Shown here: positions 39,193 to 51,300 of the stretch, piece after piece
Position numbering within the stretch: the first letter of the stretch is position 1
Layout: every line of letters begins with the position of its first letter
NCBI GenBank assembly: GCA_002269645.1
Contig: NIVC01000374.1
Span: 248,001-312,000 of the forward strand
Source: Macrostomum lignano
Lineage: Eukaryota
Reading direction: 5' to 3'
Length of the DNA stretch: 64,000 nt
The notes under the pieces: generated by a model
The model's database searches: none
The model's input: the letters and a program-made list of their open reading frames with translations, nothing else
What the model was told of the DNA's origin: nothing
Made by a program: the position numbers and the translations under genes

Positions 39193-41144
39193 AGTTGCGC
39201 ATGACTGTCAAAGGATTTCCGTCATAATTTTCATTTTAATTTACAAAAGTAAGAAAATTTACTCAATAAACCACAGTAATTGGAAGCAGAATAAATTTGC
39301 TTTAAATTACTAATACAATACGATATTATTTAAATTATTTACTTAAAATTTCACTTAGCTACAAAAAGCCGAAAAAGGCAAAATAAATAGATTACGAAAA
39401 ATTATTTAGAAAAATGATAAAAAATGGTAAAGTCGAAATGCAGCATAAACGCTTTACCAGGTAAAACAAAAATAATACCAACTTAGAAGAATATAAATTA
39501 TTAATAACTTTTTATATGTTTAGCAAATAAAAATAAAAAAGTCTTTTTGCAACAAGCTTTCGTAAATACGAACTAGTTCCGATAAATATCTGGTCAAAAT
39601 TGATTAGCAGAGGTCTATTGGATTACTACTCGTTATGTACGTACTCTAACTCTTCTTGTAGATACAATATTAATTAATGTGTTTTATAATTCTGTACATT
39701 TCACTAATAATAACTCTAAGCCCGTATCATTCTTGGCAAAATTAGATAGCATCACTCGTACGTTTTTTGTACGTGCGTACGTTGAAAGAAATGACTGAAA
39801 ACTATAGCATCAATCTTAAAGATTACCGTGTTAGAAATTTGCTGCGTGAGAAACCATGCAATCAGAGTTAAACAAGCACAATATATTTATATCATTGTAT
39901 ACACAAGCTTATGCAGAGATATATAAACAGAAAATTTGTATGATTTGACAAAGCACACATACATGTACAGTATCGAACAGAACGGGGTAAGAAAATTGCA
40001 TTGGCGTAGCAAATATATGTATGAACTGGGTCTCTTCAACAGGTATTCTCCTGTTACTATATCTTAAACAGTCTCAGCTTGCAATCTAACGACTAGTTAT
40101 AAAATATATAAAAACGCTATTAAATTCCAAGACAGTCGATGCACAGGAAGAGTTCAGTCTTCAGAGGGTCCCTATCCCTAGTTCGTTTTCTGTAGCCTAT
40201 GCAAGCGCGCCGCACACAGCCACACACAAAAGAAAAGCGGGAACAAAGAAATTAAGACCAAAGGTGGACGAAAATCCGGGATTAAAAAATCAACTTAAAG
40301 TATAATAGAATCCAAGTGCATACTATCTAAACATAATCTACTACTGCAAGTAGTAGTTTGCTTGTAGTATCCAAGTTTTTACTAGCAGGGTTTCAGTCAC
40401 TGAGATTGCTCAATCGCGCTAAATGAACAGAAGAGGATAAGATTATATTTGAAAAGATAAAATTTATACAATTTAATCACTTGTTTCACTCCCGAGTTGA
40501 CGAAAAAAACTAAATACTATAAATATAATAGCCAGTCATAAATTTAGTTACAACTATTCTTACTTTTTTACTAGTGGTGAAATTATTGGACCCTATCGAC
40601 TTTTCCACGTTGAAAAACCATTATAAATTACAATAGAAATTAAAAAGCATTTTCTTTCTACTTTCCCGCAAATTAATAACCGATTTGTAATTACACTGGT
40701 ATAAGCAGTATAAAATATGCAACAAGTATATGAGTAGTATATTGCGATTGTCAAATCCTGAAAATTAATTGATAGAGAAGATCAACCTGCGTGTAAAGAG
40801 GTAAAGCGGTTTTATCCATTGATTCTACATAGCACGGATAGCAACCCACAGGCAAAGATGCAGGCTCATAATAACACAAGTAACGGCACAGCAATCAGGT
40901 AGCTACAACTACAAAACTCGTAAAAGCGGTTTGCACTGGTGTAGCAATCGCATAGTAGCGTAAAAATGGCTGGTGAGGAGATGGGGTGAAGTGTGGAGCG
41001 ACCTTATCTATGCATTTAAAGTTAGATAAATAAAACAATAAAAGTATTGGGCAATTCAAACGGGATTGGTTTAAAAATACAACTGGCTTTTATTGATTAA
41101 AAAACCTGGAACTGATTATTAAATTTATGAGTTACAATGTTTAT

Positions 41145-41745
41145 GGCCTAATCTACAGTTTATAACTCCTGTCTATGGCACAATCTGCAGTTTATAACTC
41201 CTGTCTATGGCACAATCTACAGTTTATAACTCCTAATTGTCCAAGGCCCAATCTGCAGTTTATAACTCCTGTCTATGGCACAATCTGCAGTTTATAACTC
41301 CTAATTGTCCATGGCCCAAACTGCAGTTTATAACTCCTGTCTATGGCACAATCTGCAGTTTATAACTCCTAATTGTCCATGGCCCAATCTGCAGTTTATA
41401 ACTCCTGTCTATGGCACAATCTGCAGTTTATAACTCCTAATTGTCCATGGCCCAATCTGCAGTTTATAACTCCTGTCTATGGCACAATCTGCAGTTTATA
41501 ACTCCTAATTGTCCATGGCCCAATCTGCAGTTTATAACTCCTGTCTATGGCACAATCTGCAGTTTATAACTCCTAATTGTCCATGGCCCAATCTGCAGTT
41601 TATAACTCCTGTCTATGGCACAATCTGCAGTTTATAACTCCTAATTGTCCATGGCCCAATCTGCAGTTTATAACTCCTGTCTATGGCACAATCTGCAGTT
41701 TATAACTCCTAATTGTCTATGACATAATCTTGAGTCTAAAACTCT
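41145..41745. repeat. Alternating 32/36-bp minisatellite (ATCTGCAGTTTATAACTCCT core)
   Basis: Direct inspection. Confidence 0.93.
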
Positions 41746-42599
41746 AAACTGTCTATGGCCCAATCTAGTTTATAGCTTTAAACTGGCTATGGTTTCGAGG
41801 CCCAACTTCACAAATGCTAACATAAATTCTTCTAGGCCAATACTAAAAGTGCAAACGCACTTTAGCCTCGTTGATAATCGATAAAACTATAACAATTAAC
41901 TTTCCCCATTAATATTAAATATGCTAGAATTTTTGTACATTATAAAAACATGATTACAATATTAGACAGACTAGACGATATAATTATGTTGGGCAATAAT
42001 ATACAGATGTATAAAACAAAAGGCAGCATTATCACTGGGCAGAAAGGTTTGCGCGCAGGGGAAAAATGATTGTACTTTAATAGTACTTATTTTATAGAAA
42101 ATTATAAAAAACCGCGTCAAGTTCAAAGTGGAGAAAAGCAGCATTCGCTGGGCGTTAAAATTAGTGCTCTTTTTAATTAAAAACAGATACTATACAAAAA
42201 TTTGGTGATTAGGAAAAAAATGGATAGAATTTAAACATTTTTTAACAAACTAACTAGACAGTGAAACCCAAGTTTACTAATATAGACATACTACTAACAG
42301 TAGAAGAATCGCATTACTATCAGACTTGAAACAAAAGTGGGACATAGGTTCAACATACAGTAATTAATAAAAACTTATTAAACTAAGACAAAGAAAAGAA
42401 ATAGAAACAAAGGTTACAATAAAAAAACGGAGAAGGCTTAAAATGTGATTTTATTTAACAATAGTGCAGCAGTAAGTGCATATCCAGTCTGTACTAATTA
42501 AAATTAGTCATCAAATAGCTAAAAATAGAAAACAAGTTCAAGCGATCCGATTAATTTTACATATAAAGCTTGTTAAAGAAGCAAAACTCCAAGCAGGGC

Positions 42600-43045
42600 T
42601 GAGCAGAACGGAACAGAAATTCGAACCCCGTACTTCAGTAGATTTGACTTAAACAACTTGTCAGGATTCGAACTCGGGACCTTAGTTGTTAAATTAAGCA
42701 ACTCTATCAAGACTCAACTATCAAGGCAATATGAGTGAGGATTCGAACTCGGGACCTTAGTTGTTAAATTAAGCAACTCTATCAAGACTCAACTATCAAG
42801 GCAATATGAGTGAGGATTCGAACTCGGGACCTTAGTTGTTAAATTAAGCAACTCTATCAAGACTCAACTATCAAGGCAATATGAGTGAGGATTCGAACTC
42901 GGGACCTTACTTTTTGAATTAAGCAAATTTATCAAGACCTAACTATCAGGACAGGATTCGAAGCCGGGACTTTAGTTTTTGATTTACGCAACTTTATCAA
43001 GACTCAACTATCAAGACAATATGTGTCAGGATTCTAACCCGGGAC
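42600..43045 (-). repeat. 75-bp tandem array with tRNA-like A/B boxes
   Basis: GGATTC(G/T)AA motifs start at 42664, 42739, 42814, 42889, 42954 and 43029 (minus strand B-box GTTCGAATCC). Confidence 0.8.
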
Positions 43046-43088
43046 CCCGCCGCTCAGACTCCATACTATACTAGAAGAAGCAAATCTG

Positions 43089-46000
43089 TCAAACAATCTC
43101 GTAAAGCTCCGCAGACGCCGGCGCACTGCCGAGGCTGTCAGACGCAGCCTGCTGAGTTGAGGAAGAGGAGGAGGTCGTAGTCGCCGTCGTAGTCGGAGGT
43201 CGAAACGCGCCGCCGCTACTAAAAGTTGGCGACTCTAACTGACTGTGCTCGGGCGTTGCCGGGGAATCTTCGAATAGCGTCGATTGCGGCATCTTAGCCG
43301 ATGTTGCAGTTGGCAACTGTTGCAGCTGTTGCAGTTGTTGCAATTGCTGCAACTGCATTTGCTGATATTGCAACTGCTGCAGTTGCTGTTGGTAATGCTT
43401 CTGCTGTTGCTGCTGCTGCAGATCCAGGGTAGCGGCAGTCATGAGCTCCAGCAGCCTGGCGTAGGTCTTATACCGGATTGCTTCGTTCTGCAGGAAGGCC
43501 ACGTGTCTCTGATGCTCACTGCTAGATTGGCCGCCAGACAAGGAACCGGAAGCACCGCTGCCGCTACTTCCGGTGGAATTTTGACGACGCAAATTAGCGG
43601 GCGAAGGAGTGGCCGCTGGACTGGAGGAGCTGTCGCCTGATGCAGCTGCTGCCGCCGCAGAGCCGCTCACATTGTTGTTGTCTTTGTTAGCTGGGCTGCT
43701 GCTGCCTGCGGCATCTCCGCTGAGAAATTGCAGCTCTCGCTCGATTTGCAGCACCTGGCGGGCGTTTGATGAAGCCAGTTATTAAATATGAGTTTGATTT
43801 GGCAGCTGCGCAACAGATAAGTTCAGTCGGGAGTAAAAAAAGAGTATTGAAACATTTATGGAGAAGTGATTAAACAGATTAAGATCAAGATTAATTTAAT
43901 AACAGGGTTTCCACTAGGGAAGAATAACAGGGTTTCCACTAGGGAAGAATAACAGGGTTTCCACTAGGGAAGAATAACAGGGTTTCCACTAGGGAAAAAT
44001 AACAGGGTTTCCACTAGGGAAGAATAACAGGGTTTCCACTAGGGAAGAATAACAGGGTTTCCACTAAGGAAGTAAATGGTTTCCATAAGCAAAGAAGAAT
44101 GTTTTCCACTAAGGAAGAAAAATAGTGTTTCTATTAAGGAAGAAGAATAGGGTTTCCACTAGGGAAGAACAGGGTTTCCACTAGGGAAGAACAGGGTTTC
44201 CACTAGGGAAAAAGAATAGGGTTTCCACTAGGGAAGAAGAATAGGATTTCTACTAGGGAAAAAGAATAGGGTTTCCACTAGGGAAGAAGAATATGATTTC
44301 CACTAGGGAAGAAGAATATGATTTCCACTAGGGAAGAAGAATATGATTTCCACTAGGGAAGAAGAATAGGGTTTCCACTAAGGAAGACAAAGCTTCCACT
44401 AGGGAAGACCAATAGGGTTTCCACTAGGGAAGAAGAATAGGGTTTCCACTAAGGAAGACAAAGCTTTCACTAGGGAAGACCAATAGGGTTTCCAATGAAT
44501 AACGATAGCTTCCAGCACGAGTAAAGAGATGGGTATTAAAGCTAACCTGTTCCTGATGCCTCTCCAGCTGTTCAGCCGGTCCAAAATGGCTGGGCACGCT
44601 GGGCAGCAGCGGCCTGGCGTAGGCCGAAGCCGGCTGACTGCCAACCGGCGGTGGCAGAGCCGGAGACGACAGCAACGCCGCGGCCCGGTTCACCGCCACC
44701 ACCCATTCGTCCAGCTCCTCGGCTGACTGGCACTGCAGCAGGTATTCCGCACCGTTTGCTAGTCGAAGCCGCCACACGTGACGCCGTTTAGCGTAGTCGC
44801 CGGCCGGACTAGCCAGAGAGTGATGCACTCGCAGTTCGTCCTGTACACCTGCAGTTGGCTGTTCGCTAGTTGCTGCCGCAGCTGCCGCCGATTCGTCTTT
44901 GTGCAGCAGCAGGCGCAGGTCGACCAATACGCAGTAGATTCGGCGCCAAGCTCGCCGACCTTTGCGAGTTCGACGACCGCCGGCGTCCAGAATCTGCTTT
45001 CGGGATAAATAGCCTCGACGGAATTCGAACCCGGGACCTTGCTGTTGTTGTTGTTGCTGCTGTTGCTGCTGCTGCTGTTCGTCTTGAAGATTCGAGGACA
45101 GACTGGAATCGTAAGGGCCGTTGAAGACGCCGCCGGCGTGCTGAGGCGTCGGTCGTAAGACGCAGACGCCGCCGCCGCCGTTGCCAGCTGGCTGCTGCAT
45201 CAGCAGATGCTGCGGCACAATAGGACCGCTAGCCGGCTGTAAAATCGGTTGCGCCCTAATCGCTTGGTAAAGAGATTTCAACACCTCCCTAGGATAATTG
45301 TCGCCTTCGTTTAGATTGGCCAGATTATCGATAAACTGCTGACTGGTCATTCGCTGGCCGGTCATGCCGTGCAGGTCTTTGTTCAGTAATAGCAGAGCGC
45401 AGGCCAGGGTGTGGCAGGAGTCGGCGCTCGGGTAGCTGGCCGGGTTGCAGCGCAGGTAGGACTTGGCAAAGTGAAGCAGTACTCGCTCCTGCGTTTTAGT
45501 TGCCAAGGGATTAATAGGATAGGATTAGAATGCATCATTTTTTACAGGAGCAAGAAGAAATGGCAGGTACGATAGAGATGGGATAGAACACGAGGAACAT
45601 GTATGATGGAATACATAATAGAACGGGGATAGAACACGGAATAGAAAAAGGATAGAACACGGATTAAAACGGGGATAGAAGACGGAATAGAAAGGATATA
45701 GAATACGGAATAAAAATGAGATAGAACACGGAATGAAAAGGAAAATACAAATCAGAAATAGAAGCCTTGATGAAGCATTCAAACTCCTAGTTCACCTGGT
45801 CGGCGGTGTCCCCAAGCAGACAGAAGCGACTGAGAAACTTGCGCAACGCTGCGTCAAGCGTATCGTCGGTGAAATCAAAATTATTTGCGTACTCCTCGCC
45901 AACAATAGTATTGAAATCGTTCTTCCTAGACAGGTGCTTGGCCACGTCGGTAAATTTGAAGCCTTCCAGCAGGTACAGCCGACGCGCCAGACGAGCGGCA

Positions 46001-48353
46001 GCCTCGCGATCCGCGGCCTTTGGCGGCTGATGATAGATGCTCTCGGGCAGGGACTCGGTGTCCGAGCCGCCGTCTGGGGGACTGCGCAATCCGCCGTCCT
46101 CCTGACAGGAGCCTTCGGCGCCTTCAGCGTCTCGCAACGGCAACCGCAGGCGATCGGTTTCGACTGAAGCCTCATTACGCGGTTGGTCATCGTCGATATT
46201 ATCATCATCGTCAACTTCGCCGACTTCAATGCCTGGCGTCGGAGCTATAGATGACCAATTTGGGTTAATGCCTTTGCGTTGGATTACCGGTGACAAATTG
46301 TTGCTGCCGCTGGTGCCCAGACCGCCGTTGACTGCGGCGCTAGGTTGGTCCGATAGTAGTCTCTCCAGTAGTAACTGACGGGTGTTTTTGCAGAATTTTT
46401 GCTTTGTAGAAGTTCATTTTGTTTGAATTTATTTTATGAACACCTGTCTAATATTGAGTCTTCAGTGACTCCATCTACACCCTCCCTGATTCTTTAGTGA
46501 TTTTATCTACATCCTCCCTGATTCTTAAGTAACTCCATCTACACCCTCCCTGATCCTTCAGTGACTCTATCTACACCCTACCTGATCCTTCAGTGACTCT
46601 ATCTACGCCCTCCCTGATCCTTCAGTGACTCTATCTACACCCTCCCTGATCCTTCAGTGACTCCATCTACACCCTACCTGGTTCGTTTGTGACTCCATCT
46701 ACACCCTCCCTGATTCTTTAGTGATTTTATCTACATCCTCCCTGATTCTTCAGTGACTCTATCTACACCCTCCCTGATCCTTCAGTGACTCTATCTACAC
46801 CCTCCCTGATCCTTCAGTGACTCTATCTACACCCTCCCTGATCCTTCAGTGACTCTATCTACACCCTCCCTGATCCTTCAGTGACTCTATCTACACCCTC
46901 CCTGATCCTTCAGTGACTCCATCTACACCCTCCCTGATCTTTCAGTTACTCTATCTACGCCCTCCCTGATCCTTCAGTGACTCTATCTACACCCTCCCTG
47001 ATCCTTCAGTGACTCTATCTACACCCTCCCTGATCCTTCAGCAGTAGCTTATAGTGAATTTAATAATGCACTTATAAAGGTCAGTACGCTCTTAAACCAG
47101 AAATATTTAAGCAGACTTTGAGTCACGAACAAGGCGTTGGGGTAGGCAGATCAATTAGTTTGTTGCAGTGCAATAAATCACTTGACAACTATGCTGTGAC
47201 GTCCATAGTTACGTTAAAAAAATTTTCTTTCGTGATTATATATTTTTATTAATTTAGAATTCTGCCGTGAGTATAAAAGGTGGACATACTAGACCAAAAT
47301 TTGCATATTCATTTAATTATTACTAAGAACTATGGCTGGCAATTGGCATTGCATTGTGCAGGGTAAAATAAAATTAAATTGCGTCTTTACTTTAGTAAAT
47401 GTCGAGCTGCACTATTCAAGCTAAGGCTAAGCACCGCAGTACTATTGTTTGCCCACGACTTTGAATGGGAACACACCCCTTTGTACCCACCCTGATCCTT
47501 CAGTACACCCCTTTGTATCCACCCTGATCCTTCAGTACACCCCTTTGTACCCACCCTGATCCTTCAGTACACCCCTTTGTACTTACCCTGATCCTTCAGT
47601 ACACCCCTTTGTACCCACCCTGATCCTTCAGTACACCCCTTTGTACCCACCCTGATCCTTCAGTACACCCCTTTGTACCCACCCTGATCCTTCAGTACAC
47701 CCCTTTGTACCCACCCTGATCCTTCAGTACACCCCTTTGTACCCACCCTGATCCTTCAGTACACCCCTTTGTACCCAAACGGATCCTTCAGAACACCAGT
47801 GATGCCTCAGTACACCACTGATGCTTCAGTACACCACTGATGCTTCAGTACACCCCTGATCCTTCAGTACACCCCTGATCCTTCAGTACACCTCTGATCC
47901 TTCAGTACACCAGTGATGCCTCAGTACAGGAGTGATGCTTCATTTTACATCCCTGATGCTTCAGTACACCCCTGATGCTTCAGTACACCAGTGATGCTTC
48001 AGTACACCGCAGCCCTATAGCCCTGTAAAAGTACACACAGAGACGCCAGACCCTCTCACCGAGCTGTCCGGCTTCACCCGATGCCCGACAATCTCATCAA
48101 ACCGCTGCCGCTGCTGGATCTGCTGATAGCGCCAAGCGGCATCTGCAGCATCCGCCTCATCGTAACTATCTCGCTGATTTGTTGACGCTCCGTCAAAGAC
48201 GTCTTCGCCAACATCGCGGGACGAATCGCTGCTACTGTCGTCCATGAAGGACAGATCTTCGCCAGCTAGAAGATCTTCAATACTGCGACGTTCCAACTGC
48301 TGACTGCATGAAGTCGGGCTCAAGCCGCCTCCGCCACCATTGGTGGTGGCCAT
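43089..48353 (-). CDS. PSD: EFA6/PSD-family Sec7 + PH + coiled-coil Arf-GEF-like protein. Exons: 48353-48060, 46374-45796, 45488-44547, 43754-43089
   Basis: Sec7 segment AARLARRLYLLEGFKFTDVAKHLSRKNDF...LDAALRKFLSRFCLLGDTADQ|ERVLLHFAKSYLRCNP...HTLACALLLLNKDLHG; EFA6-type PH domain (GRRAWRRIYCVL...VHHSLASPAGDYAKRRHVWRLRLANGAEYLLQ). All introns are phase-0 GT-AG. Further 5' exons are possible. Confidence 0.88.
43900..44495. repeat. ~24-25-bp minisatellite AGGGTTTCCACTAGGGAAGAATAAC
   Basis: Direct inspection; PSD intron 3. Confidence 0.92.
46450..47042. repeat. 32-bp minisatellite CTGATCCTTCAGTGACTCTATCTACACCCTCC
   Basis: Direct inspection; PSD intron 1. Confidence 0.93.
47475..48010. repeat. 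32-bp then 20-bp minisatellite CTGATCCTTCAGTACACCCC(TTTGTACCCACC)
   Basis: Direct inspection. Confidence 0.92.
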
Positions 48354-51300
48354 GCCTGATGACCTCAACCAGCTAGTTGGCGATTTTATTTATAATTTTT
48401 TGACTTCTTTGTTCAACTAAAAAATTGAATCTTTAAAAATCTATTGAATTCTTAGTCAGCTACTGCTAAGGGTAGAAAATCATGTGCTACATTAGCAAAC
48501 TATTTAACAGTTGTATATGTTTGTCTTGCCAATTGCCAATTATTGTAGCTGGAATGTATTGTTTGCTTTGAGATTAGAAAATGTATGCTGAAATATTTAA
48601 AAAATTTCAACAATGCTTTAATAGAGCCATAGAAAAGCAAAAAGCAAAGCTTTATAGATACTAATAAAATAGTTTGAAAATGTTCTTTTGCAAATTAATT
48701 ACTTTGCAAAATAAGGTACTGCTCCCTTTCTACTATTTGTTTATAGTATAATACTACAATTATAGTTTTTTGTTTCTTAGAAATACTGTATGCAAATTTT
48801 CTGCTAAAATATATTTGTTTTATTATTATAAAATCAATATAAAATCATATTTTCCAAATATATTTGTTTAAAATGTGTTTCTAAAATGGTATAAATAGAA
48901 TTTAAATATGAGAGGAGCAAGACAACTTGTGCTCACCTTAGCATTTGAATTGCAAAATTTGGAAAGCTAATTGAAATTTGTTTTGCAGTTCTAAAATGGC
49001 TTTAATCATTTCTAGTTTTATTAAGAGACCCCAAATTGGGAGAATTAAGATCCACTGAAACTGAGAAGTGCTATAGAGCAATAAAATCGCCTTGAGCAGT
49101 AAAACTACCTCAGGGCACAAATATGCTTAGAAGCCATGACCCTCTGATCCCAGGGATGACTAGGACTGAGAAAAGACCTTTATAGGGAAAAAAATGGAAG
49201 TATAATAAATTCACTTAAAGTAACAACAATTTACTTAAAGTAAATTTATGCAACATCTGTCATAGTACGAGCTATAAGCATTAGGAATTATTATAACAGA
49301 TTGGTAGTAGTAGCAGGAATAAAATCATTGTGGAAAAGACTCCCATGTTACAACTTTGGTGGCATTAGTAGGATAATCATTAAGGGTAGAAGAATAACCC
49401 TACTACAACTTTGGTGACAACAGTTAAAGAGATAACTAAGAGCCCTACAACAAAAGCAAACATAGAATCAAAAAGCAACTATAAATTAGAATGAGAAAAA
49501 AACTACTTTTTAATCAAGAAAATACTTCTTATAAACATATTTAATTTTCATTGGAATGTTAACAAAATATGCCATGGGTTTTTACAATACATTTTGTGAT
49601 ATTCATAAATAATTTGGTGTTTTAGAACTTTAAATAGTATAAAGATTGTAAATAATGGCATAAAAGGTCAGAATAAAATGCAGAGCTAATATAACAAACT
49701 ACCTTTTAATTTGGCTATTTTATTTGTATTAGACTAATTAATAAGGGATAAAAACTAAAGAAAATAGTAAGCTACTAAGGATAGCTTACTAATATATTAA
49801 TTATAAATTAACTATAAAAAACTTTTTGGATAAAGAAGATGATAACTGTGCTTAAAAGGGGCCTAGGCAAAATACATTATGTTGTAAATTTTAAATACAA
49901 AAAGCATTATTAAATTTTATTATAAAGCTAATTTTTAAAGAAGTTTATTCAACTTAGCAAATAAGATGTAGATGTAAGATGCAAATAGAAAAAGATAGAG
50001 AAAAGTCTTAGAATTTCACTAAAGGGACACAAGGAACTTTACTGCTACTAGGCTGATGATCATATTTTAATACCTATATTATAATTTTAGATTTTTCATG
50101 TTTCAATAATACTTAAAAAATTAAAATTCCTTCTTTAATGGTATTATAATAGGCCTATTGACTAGCTAATAAATGTACTAACTTTGTTTTATGCATAGCA
50201 GATGCAATATACAACATTGTCACATAAAATAACATTAAATATCTGCCAAAAGAGAACCATCTATGAGGCTTTTCATATTACCAATTCCAGAATCAGAATT
50301 GGTTTGGATCAATAGAATGAAATTGGATTGAAATTGTGTAACCATATTGCTAGGCCTAACTTAAATTGAGACTGATACTGGCTGACTGAGAAATTGCATG
50401 TTTTAGACACAAAATAGGAGAATAATTTGTCAAATTGTTATGTATGTAAAAGTGAATTGAATGCAGTAAAGAAATTACATGTAGAACAAAGCTGTATGTT
50501 TTTTGTGCATAAGTAGTTTGTGCAAATGCTCATGTTCACCAAAAATTTAAAAAAATCATTATTGCACAGAAGTGAGACATGCAAAATGAGAGCAGATATT
50601 GCTAAAAAATGCATTTATACCACTTTCTTAAAAACAATATTTAAAAAGTCTGCAAAATGAAGTCATCTATAAAAACTTAATTTTTAGTTTTATGGTAAAA
50701 ATACACTGCAGAGATAGGCAAAAATGAGCCTATAGAAAGCTTAATAACTATTGAATAAAAAAAGATATAAACAAATGGTTTTTTACATGTTAATTTGACA
50801 TTTTCATAAAGGCGCATTAAAAAAACACCATTTAGAATTGCGTGAAATGTGATAAATGGCCCTTTGAGCATGAAAAATAAATCCATTTAAAGTAATATTT
50901 TGTGGTACCAATTTATATATACATGAAAAATGTACAATGTTTGAACAATTAGGCCTGCTGCTCCTAGAATATTTAATATTTTTGTTTAGAAGGTTCTTAT
51001 TTGAAAGATACATTTTTCTAGTTTTTTATACATTTTATACATTTAGGATTTTTATAAAACCAGTTCAATATGTAGCATTTAAATTTTTAAGTTTTAGGAA
51101 TTTTTTTTAACATCATTTTTAACTTTTAAAATCTCATTGAAGTCTTTACTATAGCTATAAATACTATTAGTATATAAAACCAATATTTATTTTAGTCCTA
51201 CCATACAAATAACAATTATACTTAGCTTAGGGCTTAGGCCTAGTACTATTTATATGATATTGTGCAAAATAATAAGTGCCTTTTAATAAGCCATTATACT

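Noticed and set aside
42664-43045. Bona fide tRNA gene cluster
   Set aside because: Acceptor and T stems do not pair properly and the anticodon loop is oversized; kept only as a tRNA-like repeat.
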